A stretch of DNA of 64,000 nt from Phoronis australis (lineage: Eukaryota > Animalia > Phoronida). The stretch lies in contig NMRA01000006.1 in assembly GCA_002633005.1 (NCBI GenBank), positions 1,587,742-1,651,741 on the forward strand, given 5' to 3'. The position numbers and the translations under genes are program-made. The notes below the pieces were generated by a model, which ran no database searches, was not told where the DNA came from, and saw nothing but the letters and a program-made list of their open reading frames with translations. Shown one piece after another: positions 12,010 through 23,234 of this stretch (position 1 is the stretch's first letter; each line of letters opens with the position of its first letter).

Positions 12010-12860
12010 GTAGTATTTTTTCATAGTCACCTGTGGGGAAATTAGTCACTTACAGGGGTTCCGCACTTTTAGAATCAACGAATAATGGGCATCGATCAAA
12101 CTTGTGCCATTTCTTTGCAGGATGTTGTTGCTGATTTAATTAGAAAGATTTTCTATTTGGATGTGTACCACTATTAAGACGCGATTTGGATCCCCACATT
12201 TTCAAACATTTTGCAGGTCTTGGATTTTCTTCCTATTCAGGTAACCTCGGGGACAATTTGGCACTTCGAATAGTACAAAACTTTGTATTGGATTAATGGA
12301 AGTAATCTAATTACGGGTATACTCTCGGAGAATTGAAAAGGATTAAGATTGACCGGGTCCATACAAAGTAGACTGGTAAAAAAATTTGAAGTGCTTAGTA
12401 ATTTACAGCGCTACATAAATCTGGGCTAATTATTTTTTTAATTTTGGCATTTTGAATTTATTTGAGTCCAAAACGTCAACTGAAAATGACGTCATACTGA
12501 ACAAGCGATAAAAAACGCACTTGTAGTCAGTACGTTACCACATGGAAATGACGAAAGTGATTTATGGAATGACCTTCAGATCAAATTGGAAAGAGAAAGT
12601 TACGGGTCACTGCAACAGCTTCATTGACTAAAACTTCTAAAATTGGTCATGCGTATGCATGTCAATGCCGTGAGAAACATCCTCTCGGTTGGCACTAGTT
12701 CATCTTGGACTAAGTTGAGGCGCGTTGCAAAAGACTTTGAAAAGACTATCTTCGCAATATACGCAGTTTGCACGATTTATTTCCAAAACTAATGGGGAAT
12801 GATTTGATTGTTAGCTTTGAATTTGTAATTCAGTAATTTGTGCTTAGCGGTATTTAGGAA

Positions 12861-12942
12861 GTAGTCGTGGCCGAGCGGTTAAGGCGATGGACTAGAAATC
12901 CATTGGGATCTTCCCGCGCAGGTTCAAATCCTGCCGACTACG
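12861..12942 (+). tRNA. tRNA-Ser(AGA)
   Basis: 82 nt, intact cloverleaf, anticodon loop CT-AGA-AA, T-loop TTCAAAT, oligo-T terminator downstream. Confidence 0.95.
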
Positions 12943-13898
12943 TACAAATATATTTCTTTTTTTTGTAGTCATCTATGGAGCGATTAGTCACATGTAGGTG
13001 TTCCGCATTTTCAGAACCTGTGCATAACGGGAACAAAACAGGCGCTACCTATTTGCAAAACGAAAAACACTCCTCATTCGATTATGGAACAATGTAAGAC
13101 CAATGTGGCAGCCTAGATGTGGTCGAAGGCAAAAGTTAGCCTGTTCGACAGAACGCTGATATATAGCTTCTCCCATGAGGGAGGAATATTGTGTTTGCGG
13201 ATGTGTAGTTAGATCGTATCTTCCGCTATTATGACGCGATTTGGTCCCTCAAATAATTAGAGAAATTCCTATTCACATCTTATTTTCAAATATTCTGCAA
13301 GTCTTGGATTTTCCAATTCAGGTAACCACGGAGACAATTTAGCACTTGAAATGTTCACAACATATGTATGTGGTTTAATCAGCGTGTTTAGACAACGGTT
13401 GCACTCACTTTATGCTCCGGGGGAGTTGAAAAGTGTTTGGCTTAATCCATAGCTAAGTAATAATTTTAGAAGTGATTAGTAATGTACATCGCTTCGTACG
13501 TAAATCGGGTTTAATTTTCATTATGTTTTTAATTTTGCCATTTCGATTTATTTAAGGTCAAAATAGCGTCATACTAAACAAGCGAAATAAAACACACGCC
13601 GCATATTCAGTACATTAACACACGAAAATAACGAAAGTATTTTATGGAATGACCATAAGTGGTATACAATTAGATTATAAATAGGAAGTTGGTCATGCAT
13701 GTGCATATCAATATGATAAGCAACCTCTCGGTCAGCAACAGTTCGATTTGGAGAAGTTGAGGTGCACTGCACAAGGCACTGGAATGACTAACTTCGTACT
13801 ATACGCAGTTTGCACGAATTATTGGGAAAATATAATGGGGAATGATTTGATGATTAGTTTGAATTTCTTTGTAATTTGTGCAGAATGGTATTGTGGAA

Positions 13899-13980
13899 GT
13901 AGTCGTGGCCGAGCGGTTAAGGCGATGGACTAGAAATCCATTGGGATCTTCCCGCGCAGGTTCGAATCCTGCCGACTACG
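13899..13980 (+). tRNA. tRNA-Ser(AGA)
   Basis: 82 nt, intact, B box GGTTCGAATCC, downstream T-run. Confidence 0.96.
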
Positions 13981-14294
13981 TACAATTGTTTTGTTTCCAT
14001 TTTTGGGTTCACGAGACCAACTGCACGCTGGAAGCCGGACCAATTTCTATTTGGATCTCAGTGCAGCACTGACTGAAAGTTCAATCAGTTCAGAACGAAA
14101 TAACATTGTTACGATAAAGACGTATAATTACCATGGGGTACCCTTTCCATTTCCTTTATCGTTGTTGCTATGCAAAACTTTAAAATAATAAAGCAATATG
14201 ACTTTGACGATTTTTATCGTGAAAATGAAATTTCATTGTCGACCATATTGTGTCCTAAATTGGTAATGTTTTGCCAAGCATCAAAGTAGTCCTT

Positions 14295-14375
14295 CTGTTC
14301 GCCAGGATTCGAACCTCATCTGAACCCATAAGACTTGTGAACTAAGGCATCGTTTTTACCCGAATCGGCCAGGGC
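14295..14375 (-). pseudogene. Old tRNA relic, probably Ser-derived
   Basis: Minus strand tggccgattcgggtaaaaacgatg...gaggttcgaatcctggcga; A-box-like motif and perfect B box at long-variable-arm spacing; stems not intact. Confidence 0.5.
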
Positions 14376-14432
14376 TATTTATCCGTTGCTCTTAAAGAGG
14401 CATTATCGGTGAGAAAAGCAGTTTTTTGACAT

Positions 14433-14505
14433 GAGTCCCCATCGCATACTCGAACCCCAATTGTTCGCAGTCGTAGCCTAACGCTGTCCCTCTGAGCTGA
14501 ATACT
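14433..14505 (-). pseudogene. tRNA-derived relic or SINE head of a non-Ser type
   Basis: Minus strand cagctcagagggacagcgttaggct...ggggttcgagt; A- and B-box-like motifs. Confidence 0.35.
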
Positions 14506-14543
14506 GCTCATAAAAAACGGATTGTTTTAAGCGTAGTTAAATG

Positions 14544-14717
14544 TTAAAGACACCGGTATTGATTTTAGTTAATGGCAAATGGTAATAAAATCACAAAAAG
14601 ACAACGGGTTGTGTTGTTTGTTAGCAGTGGAAAAAACCTAATAACTTAAGAAGTCTATTCCATCCAACAATAATGACGAAACTGCGTTTTTGGGCAGTAA
14701 AACCGATATTGTCCTTA
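14544..14717 (+). mobile_element. Copy of a TTAA-flanked (Kolobok-like) MITE family
   Basis: Starts ttaaagacaccg; shares aagtctat...tccaacaataat...gcgttttt with 39470-39668 and 45049-45266. Confidence 0.55.
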
Positions 14718-15015
14718 CCAAACGTTTTTGTGAAGGTATCTTATCAACATACATTAAGTTAAACTTGATACGACGATTTCGATGCGTCCTTTACGGTACC
14801 TTTAGTCAATCTGCAAACGCCAAACAATGGCGGAGGAATTAATCAAAGTCATTCGGTGAATAGGTTCGGAAAAGTCCCTCTTCAGCCCTGTCTAGACACT
14901 CCGATTAGTCGTATCCGACTTTGTAGTATCCTAACGTTTACAGTGGAGCTCGCTTGTGCGACAATAGATGCATCCTTATCACAATCATATAGCAACGAAT
15001 TTCTCAAGAAAGCCG

Positions 15016-15167
15016 GGCGTGCGTTCAGTAGACGCTAGGACCTATGCTAGGACCTAGCTAAAACCTTGTCAAAGTCACGTGCTCTCATTTAAAATGCACG
15101 GCAATATCTCACGTAATCTCGCGAAGTCTTGCTTTTTAGCGAGGTCCTAGCGTTGCTGAACGGGAGG
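15016..15167. mobile_element. About 152-bp MITE, copy 1
   Basis: Subterminal inverted repeats cgttcagtagacgctaggacct/aggtcctagcgttgctgaacg; near-identical inverted copy at 22962-23113; flanked by CG/CG. Confidence 0.8.
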
Positions 15168-15481
15168 CGGTTTTGTGACTGTTTGGAAGAGCAAATGATT
15201 CAAGGCATGGCACTAACGAGTGTGCATTGTAAAACATATTTACGGACTTCATGCCTGAGCCCAGTTGAGCTAACTTCTGTACTTAGCTCATTGACGAACT
15301 TGAGGATGAATTTGACGGATTATCTGCGTGTACACCCATTTGTTGCTTGTTTGATGTAAACGGTTTCAAAAGGGCCATATGCCCTACCCTTAAGTGAGGG
15401 TGTATTTGTGAGTCTAGATCACGTAGCACATTACAGCCTACACGATCTTCTGATCCTGGGCGGAAAATAAAAAAATGAAAC

Positions 15482-15563
15482 CGTAGTCGGCAGGGTTCGA
15501 ACCTGCGCGGGATAATCCCAATGGATTTCAAGTCCATCGCCTTAACCACTCGGCCACGACTAC
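15482..15563 (-). tRNA. tRNA-Ser(TGA)
   Basis: Identical by eye to 9193-9274; T-run terminator immediately downstream on the minus strand. Confidence 0.96.
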
Positions 15564-15808
15564 TTCGACTGGCATTTGGGTAAGAAACGGTTTTGAAACC
15601 GTTATGTAATGTGTGGTAAAAGCTTTCATTGTTGCGTCATATTTCCTAAGAGTCAGTAATGTTGCGATCCCTCTTGCCTGAGATTTGTGCGATCAAACTA
15701 GCCAGATTTGGTTTCTGTGGAATACTCACAATTACTTCCTCCGTGAGCCAAAATTCCGGAGAGTGCTGATCTTGACCACCATATATCCGTGCTCGCATCT
15801 TTCTCGGA

Positions 15809-15866
15809 ACGTTGGAACACCTGAAGATGACCGGAGAAATGGATAACCGAAACGTTGTGCCAATGT
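15809..15866 (+). ncRNA. Degenerate type I minimal hammerhead ribozyme-like motif (Penelope-type)
   Basis: CTGAAGA (15821-15827), GAAAC-GTT (15849-15856), enclosed by stem I acgttgg-aa-cac / gtg-ccaatgt; stem II imperfect. Confidence 0.5.
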
Positions 15867-16997
15867 ACATAGGCTTGAGGTTGGTGTAAATAGACCATTT
15901 AAAAATTATCGAAATAACCCAACAATTCACGAGTCTCTAGCAAACGTAGTAAATGTGAAGACGGACGCTCATTAGGAATCGCATGTCGATTTCTCAGTGG
16001 TGAAAGTGGCACTTGATAAATTTTGATATGTTCTAAAAACTTTTTTAAGTAGACATCGGTGTACAGGTCATACTTGATCCCAAGGATGATAATCTGTTTC
16101 GTGGCGTATAAACTAAGTTACGTGTCGCGTACAATAGCTCCTATTTTTGACCGTGTGGTCCTGCTCTGCTTCCGTCTGAGATCGAGCGGCTGTCACAACG
16201 GGGGTGGCGGCGTCGATGAAGTTAACTGAACGTTTGATTAATTTCCCAAAATAATTAACAAATTGCTGCTAAATATGCAAAATATGCATATAATGAAATA
16301 ATAAGACGAAATGTTTCAATAGGTAGGTCCCGGATTACGCAATGACATTTGAATCTCGCACAATATTGTAACGTCCGTCAAGCAGTTCTCTAGCCTCGTT
16401 TTCGCTCTATTCGCGTTTCTCATGTTATTTGTTGGTGCCCTGCTTTTTTTCGTTTTTTTCGATTTCAATAACTTTATTCGACCTTCAGATAACAGCCAGG
16501 TTTTACTGTTTTGCCGTGGGCTGCAACTCCGACAGCAGAAAGTTGGATTAACTCGATGAGTGTCACGAATGTATGAGCGCACCCAGCTTAAAAAATGGGG
16601 GGACTTGAATTTTTAAAAGAATCACGAAGTACGTTCAGAGCTATGCCAGAAATTGTGCATTCGCCGAATTTTGGTAGCTCCCGCCTTTTTTGGTGGACTT
16701 TTGTCTTTTTTCTACTTTTTCCAGAGTTTTTGTTTCTCTGAGGCGGACCTTTTTGCCCACTTCGCCAAATGAGTGGGTACACTTGAACCTCCCCCGAGCC
16801 CCGCCTCCTGCATGTGGATGCGATATTATTATACACTTTAATACATAGTTTATTAATTTCAACATTTAAGACCTTGGCCCATATATTACATAAAATTTAC
16901 AGGATAACGCTGAGCAGCTTTTCTCTGAGGCCAGTGGCGCGAAATACAAATTTCATTAGATTAATCTGAGCAATAGGCTCCGACATTTTCATTAGCT

Positions 16998-17490
16998 TTA
17001 CAAATTTATGTTTTTTGGTTCACGCCAGCACCACTCAGGTATAAATGCATCTCTCAGAGAGTAGTACTTTTTACAAACACATATGAAATGGTATTCATCT
17101 TCAATTAGGGATACACAGAAACAACACACACGACATTTTTGGTACACAAGAGAATGTCTACGTTTCTCTATCATCAGGTTATGGTTGAAGCAACATAATT
17201 TTGCCATAGCTGCTAAAAAGATACATGGAATAGAGCACAACAGATAGGATCCCATTGCAAAATCAATTTTAAATGAGGAATATGTATCAAATTTTGAGCT
17301 TTTCTCCACAGCAAAGCTCCATTCTTGTAAGAAAAGCAATCTTTAATTCGCTGCTCAAAAATGACAAGAAAAGATGCGTCGCAGCCAACTCCCTGATTGT
17401 GCCATACCAATCCAAAACCATATCTTTGAAGCAAATTCCTAACAGACATTCTCCGACATCATTCCTAGAATCAACCCAACATTTCTAAAA
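16998..17490 (-). mobile_element. Non-LTR retrotransposon (LINE) ORF2 C-terminal fragment, frameshifted
   Basis: VRNLLQRYGFGLVWHNQG...FEQRIKD and HNLMIE...CCFC...EDEYHFICVC (CCHC knuckle) in overlapping frames 17213-17449 and 16998-17339. Confidence 0.85.
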
Positions 17491-18801
17491 CGCGTTTTTC
17501 TAACTTCAACACAAAGGCACATTTCTATCCGGTGCCGTCCCACTGCTTGGGAAATAATCTATGCTGCTTTGCTATAGGTAACTTTTTGATTTTTAATTAA
17601 TACTAAATTATGGCCTAGCTCGAGCCACGGACTAGTTCCGAGCAGAGACTAGTCGGCTCCGATTTATTCTTGCTCAGGATTGGTGATAAAAACAGCGTAG
17701 AGTTATGCGTACTTAGCAACGAAAACTGACCCTCCCAACAAAGGCCTTGACGTGTTGATATCGGCTTTGTAGCGACAATACAATTATAAGCTGACTCTGC
17801 TGATGTTAGTTCGTAGTAAATGCGTGACACTGGTGCAAACGTTATCCTACAGCCTTTACACTTTTCTTCTTGCTTACAGAATAATTCGTTATGTGCAAAA
17901 TAACAAAAAACGGTATTTTATATATTTCATGCATTTTTAAATGCTAAAGTAACGACACCATCAGGCTAGACAACTCACGTGACTTTTAAGGAAGTCAATA
18001 CAGGCACGAGCTTGACTATATTTTCGGTTTACACTAAGGGGGAGGGGGGGGGGGGTAGAACGATGCTACATCAAGCCATAGACTACCCTCTCACACAAGC
18101 CACCTATTCTGAAAAGTGGCCCTGTGGAAACATGATGAACGACACACGGAATTTCTGTGTGGACATCAATGCGCATGCCTTGGTCGGAAGTTTACCGATC
18201 ACATCACCACCAGTTGCACACGCCTTTATGCAGTGTACTTGTTTGGGCTTAAGCCACTGGGTCGAGTTTCCTCTGATTTTGTTTACTTCGATCACATAGA
18301 CTGCCCGTTTTAATAAAATGCAACTTCTCAAATCAAAGGTGGTCGCTATAGCATAAATGTAAACTGAAAGGGGTTTCCTAGTTTTAACCAATGGGTATGA
18401 CTGAATGTTATGACGTCGTTTTCATTATTTAAACGAATGAGAAGCCGTGTTAAACAACATCCGACTGTGCTATCTTTCGTAGTACTATGAAATGATAGTG
18501 TAGCCATAGATGAGCAAACGGCAGTCACTGTCCTGGTTCAGTACGCATGTCTGTTTTTCAATTCCGGCTGGTTGGTTAACAGTGTTCTAAAAGCGACTCC
18601 GCCGGTATAAGGGATATTAACTAGGAGCACAGATTTTTCCCGCGTTGGTGTACGGGTACTTGCGCCGGGCCTGACAAGTTCGCTGGTCCAGAATTACTAG
18701 ACAACTAAAATGTAAACCTCTCGTCGTGCAAAGCAATTTTATTCTCCTTTCAGTCCTCAATACAGATTTGTGAAATCACGAAGTGATTTTTACTAAAATG
18801 T

Positions 18802-18883
18802 CGTAGTCGGCAGGATTTGAACCTGCGAAGGAACATCCCAATGGATTTCGAGTCCATCGCCTTAACCACTCGGTCACGACTAC
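18802..18883 (-). tRNA. tRNA-Ser(CGA), variant or possible pseudogene
   Basis: 82 nt, anticodon CGA; G10>A gives an A-C mismatch in the D stem; variable-arm substitutions. Confidence 0.75.
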
Positions 18884-20162
18884 AATTCCCACTTTAGAAC
18901 TAAGAACTTTTTTAAAACATGCATTAAATAAATCAACTTTTTCATTGTTTCGTAATTTTCCATCAAAAAGTTTTTTGTTTTGTTTTGTTTTGTTTTCATA
19001 CTTCAAAAAGCCATTTTTCGTTTCTATAATTCTTATTGAAGCTGCACCGTTGGATATGTTCGTAAAGCCAAAGTTTACACGTCATCACGGCTTGGACGTT
19101 AGCGTGAACTTAATGAGAATCACAAAATTAATCAGAGTTGATGTGGAAAATTCATGTAACAACCTCTCACCGGCTCCGCGGACCATCCTGTTACATACTT
19201 ATTAACAAAAACACAGTCTCGCCCCTGATGTACCCAGTTCGAAGTCTACGACTATAAATTTGTATTTACAACATTACGTTATTCGCCACCGATGTCGTGC
19301 TGGCAGTAAATCTTTTGATTTCATTATATGCTTTTCCTGTTCGTCTTTGTATATTGGAGTTTTCGTGTAAAACTTGATGTTAAAATTAGATTCTTAGTCA
19401 ATTCCAAGCCGGTAGCTGTAGCTTATCGAGAAGAGCATAAACTGAAAAATCCGGGCCTCGCATTGCCGGATTCAACTATCGTAGTCTCATTCGTCAAACG
19501 TGAGTTCAATTTTTAGTTGCTCATCTCGCCGAAACTGACCTTTAGTTCCCAGGATTTTCTACAACCTTCTGTGTTTTGGAGCAAACTTATTGACAATTTG
19601 AACTTTACCTGCACATTTGGGGCACCGAAATACGTTGTATAATTTTTACATTCTCGTGTTAAAAATAGGTCCCAAGAGTCGAATAGCCACCTTATGCAAT
19701 TTTACAAGAATCGTGGAGAAACTCATTTATTATTACTGGTCAGTGACAGATTGAGTTACTATTCATGATGACACACAAAAATTGAATGTCGAGTTATTTG
19801 CTGATTGAGAAAAGGTCAGGGTCGAAAATGACGTCAAACGGATGAATGCTCGGCGATTAAAACTAGCTAGAATATAGCGTGCCGATTTCATTAGAAAGCA
19901 ATTCGGCTCCGCGACATATAATCGCTTTCGAATTCTGAAAGTTTGGTGAAGATACGTGACTTATTTTTTCAGCCATTTCTTGGAAACAGCCTCGGAGTTC
20001 GAAACATTCGTATATTCAAAAATCGGTCGAACGATCGATTGGAGAATGTTTCTGGCGAACCCGAGGACGGCTGGCTAAGAATGAACTCGACACTCACGTA
20101 GCGTTACCGTGACTGAAGAGTACCACAGGTGTTTCATTGAGAGGTAACTCAAATTTAACTGT

Positions 20163-20168
20163 TTTATT
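20163..20168 (-). promoter_or_regulatory. Candidate poly(A) signal of the astacin gene
   Basis: AATAAA on the minus strand at the end of an AT-rich tract about 950 nt past the stop. Confidence 0.4.
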
Positions 20169-21113
20169 TACAAATGCCAGTGAGTTAAGACAGTACATGT
20201 ACAAAATTCAAATAAATTAGAAACATAATACTAATTTTTACATCTTCTAGAAATACTTTCAAGAGAATTACAAGTCATTTTTAAATTAAAGTTGAATATG
20301 TGACTAAAACTTTACACAACATTACCGACATTTGGCGTTTCCTAGTAAACGAATACATCTGAATTTTTACCGTTTTATAAATAAAAATTAAAATTTAACA
20401 AGAAAATTTACGCGAGACACTGAATAAATAATGAGATCTTTGTTCAAAACCCCGAGATTTCGAGCCCACATAACGTTCCTGGTTGATTACTTTTTGAAGT
20501 AAATTTTGGTCCAGATTAAAAGTATATCTATTGTAGCAAGATCAGGGCAGAGAAAAACTCAGTGGTCGGGCGTATAAATACTCTGACCGGACGCTCCAAG
20601 TAAAATAAGTCAGTAGAAGTCAAAAAGACTGAGGACTTGACATCTGAATCCAATGGTGGTAGATTTCACAGAGGATACGGACTTTCTGTAACTTTCGCAG
20701 CTGATTGGTCAGAGTATTTTGTGTCTGACACTAGGTCACTTCTCCGCCTGAATATTGTGTGTTCAGATTTTTTTAGTTTTGAAACAAGTGATGCTACAAA
20801 CGACCCTAAGAGGTATTCAGTAAGGCCAATGTTTCACGAGACACTTGTAACGAATAATAATCTCGCTAGTAAAATTGCGCACGTATCGTTACCTTCCATA
20901 GTTCAACATTACCGTGTAATTGTTCAATCACTTTCAGTCACGAATAGTGGCCATTTTGGTATAAACGTCACGAGCTAAGTCACTCGCAAAACCCTAACGA
21001 AATTTCGCATTACATTTCCGTGATTTGGGGCCGAAGTCGCGAAATACAAGCCTAACTGAACGCCCTCGGGATGGTACAACAGTGAACCTATTTTTCCAAA
21101 GTGGCCTTGTCTA

Positions 21114-21255
21114 CTATGTGACCATCCTGTAATTTATTTTAAACCCTTTCCTCCAGTTTCCTTCGGAGTCCTTACTACTATTGACGCGAAATAAAATGAG
21201 AAGTCTGTCGTCTTCCGATGTAAATGTGTGTCGTGGAGTGTCACTACAGCAAAAC
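21114..21255 (-). CDS. Astacin-EGF-CUB metalloprotease, exon 12 (end of CUB, stop)
   Basis: tttcag acceptor; (R)FCCSDTPRHTFTSEDDRLLILFRVNSSKDSEGNWRKGFKINYRMVT*; CUB GF-x-x-x-Y end. Confidence 0.88.
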
Positions 21256-22243
21256 CTGAAATAGAAAAATACGTTATTATTATTATTAAAGTTGATCCAG
21301 GATTCAATAAAAGATTTAATTGCCGTGAATATATCGATTTTCAAATGGGTAACCCGACGTTTGAAAAGCCGGGGTTTGAATATGGCTCTAAATATGACAA
21401 GGTTCGAATTGCTTATTCGTGCTCGAGACCCGTCATCGTCCCACAATGCATTCGACAACATATGCACTATACGCATGCGCGGGTATAGATTTTCAAACAT
21501 GTGAACCCATTATGAATGTTGCCTGCATGATTTTGAAAAAATATGCATTTTTCAGTACTGCTGTGGAAGCGCGAATATGTCGATAAATTTTAAAAATCGT
21601 ATCCAGTATCTATAAAAATAATTTAGAAGACAGTAAAGCACTTTTGAAAAAAATCAGTAACGACTCAACACTGCGAAATCCGTAAGACTTTGGGAGTAAT
21701 TCGTGCGAGTTAACATAGTTCACCCACTAGTTGTCTGACGACAATAGCATGATATACGAATTTAATTCGATTTTTCAGCACATCATCAGGTTAAAATTTT
21801 TTATCAATTCAAAAAACTACAATTTCTTGGGTTTGTCCTGTATATGTTTCAAAGGGCCATACGAAAATAAAATGAAATTCACCTTCAGCAGGATATAATT
21901 AAAAGGTTGTAGTTTAACTATTAACATTAACTGGGGGGGCACTCGATCCAATGCAACGCGGAGTGTGCAGATAAAGCGTTGAAGTGTGAGCGCTCTCGCG
22001 TGTTTTCCCCTACGTTACACTCATTACGATCTCGTGGACAAGTACTCTACCGTCATTCATCTCTCGTGGTTGTCATTAACCGCGAACTTGAAATTTTCGG
22101 ACTTGTTGATACTACCGAATGATTATCTGTTCAAATTTATTCTGTGGAATACATATTTTCGCAATAAATGGATCCGCGGGTTCTCAAAAACTGAATGCAA
22201 AAGCGTATTTAGTATTTGGCGTATTTTTTACAAAAATGTAAAT

Positions 22244-22326
22244 CGTAGTCGGTAGGGTCATAACCTGCGCGAGAAGATCCAAATGGATTTCGAGTCTATC
22301 GCCTCAACCCGTTCGGCCAGGACTAC
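22244..22326 (-). pseudogene. tRNA-Ser(CGA) pseudogene in the last astacin intron
   Basis: Full length, but B box destroyed (ggttatgaccc) and mismatches in several stems. Confidence 0.85.
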
Positions 22327-22612
22327 TGCTTGTTTCCACGTACTGCAAGTGTGGACCCATGCGTTTAACTGCCGAGCACAATTTCGGCTATAAAAGTGTT
22401 TGACTAATCTCTAAACACGTTCAATGAGAAGTGTCTTACATGAGCGAACGAGGTAGGGGGGTGATCATTTATAACGTCTTTATATAAGCCGAGTGGCTTT
22501 CTGACTTTATTGAAAGGTTACAGCCTTAGTTATTTCTTAGCTGCAATAGTTAAGCTTTTAATCTCTTTCAGCATCATTTTCTCGTGTTTGGGAATTCCGT
22601 CACCAAACAGAT

Positions 22613-22694
22613 GTAGTCGTGGCCGAGCGGTTAAGGCGATGGACTCGAAATCCATTGGGATATTCCCGCGCAGGTTCGAATCCTGCCGACTACG
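22613..22694 (+). tRNA. tRNA-Ser(CGA), intronic and antisense to the astacin gene
   Basis: 82 nt intact cloverleaf, loop CT-CGA-AA, T6 terminator 5 nt downstream. Confidence 0.96.
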
Positions 22695-22903
22695 GGAAGT
22701 TTTTTAACACATGTGGTGTGATTTAAACGATGTAGATGAAAAGAGTTGTGTTGCTCTCTGAACTTGAATTTTTTTATTTGAATATTTCGCAAGAACCATT
22801 TCAAATGCATCGATAAAATTATAAAACCTTCCACGCAGTTGGCAATATTGGAATCTGTTCATTGACAAGTAAAATCGCAATGGATGTGATGTCTATCCCC
22901 TTA

Positions 22904-23234
22904 ATTGACCTATCGCCAGGATTTTGAGTGACGGCTTAACTGACTATATAGAACGCAGCATCCTCCCGTTCAGTAACGCTAGGACCTCGCTAAAAGGCAA
23001 GACTTCGCGAGATTACGTGAGATATTGCCGTGCATTTTGAATGAGAACACGTGACTTTGACTAGCTTTTAGCTAGGTCCTAGCGTAGGTCCTAGCGTCTA
23101 CTGAACGCACGCCATGACTGACACACCTTCGTTTCCAAGCCGCCATTTTACCCGACAAACAACACGTTGCCGGGTAAAACTTATTGTTTGTTAGTCGGCA
23201 TTACGCAAGGGGGCGGAGCTTGCGATAGGTCAAT
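22904..23234. mobile_element. TA-flanked MITE (host of a nested insertion)
   Basis: TA|attgacctatcgc ... gcgataggtcaat|TA; uninterrupted partial relative in inverted orientation at about 32377-32483. Confidence 0.75.
22962..23113. mobile_element. About 152-bp MITE, copy 2, nested in 22904-23234
   Basis: Reverse complement of 15016-15167; flanked by AT/AT. Confidence 0.8.

Noticed and set aside
21256-21500. N-terminal part of the 128-aa ORF 21114-21500
   Set aside because: Only 21114-21255 is exon; the rest is open intron upstream of the acceptor.
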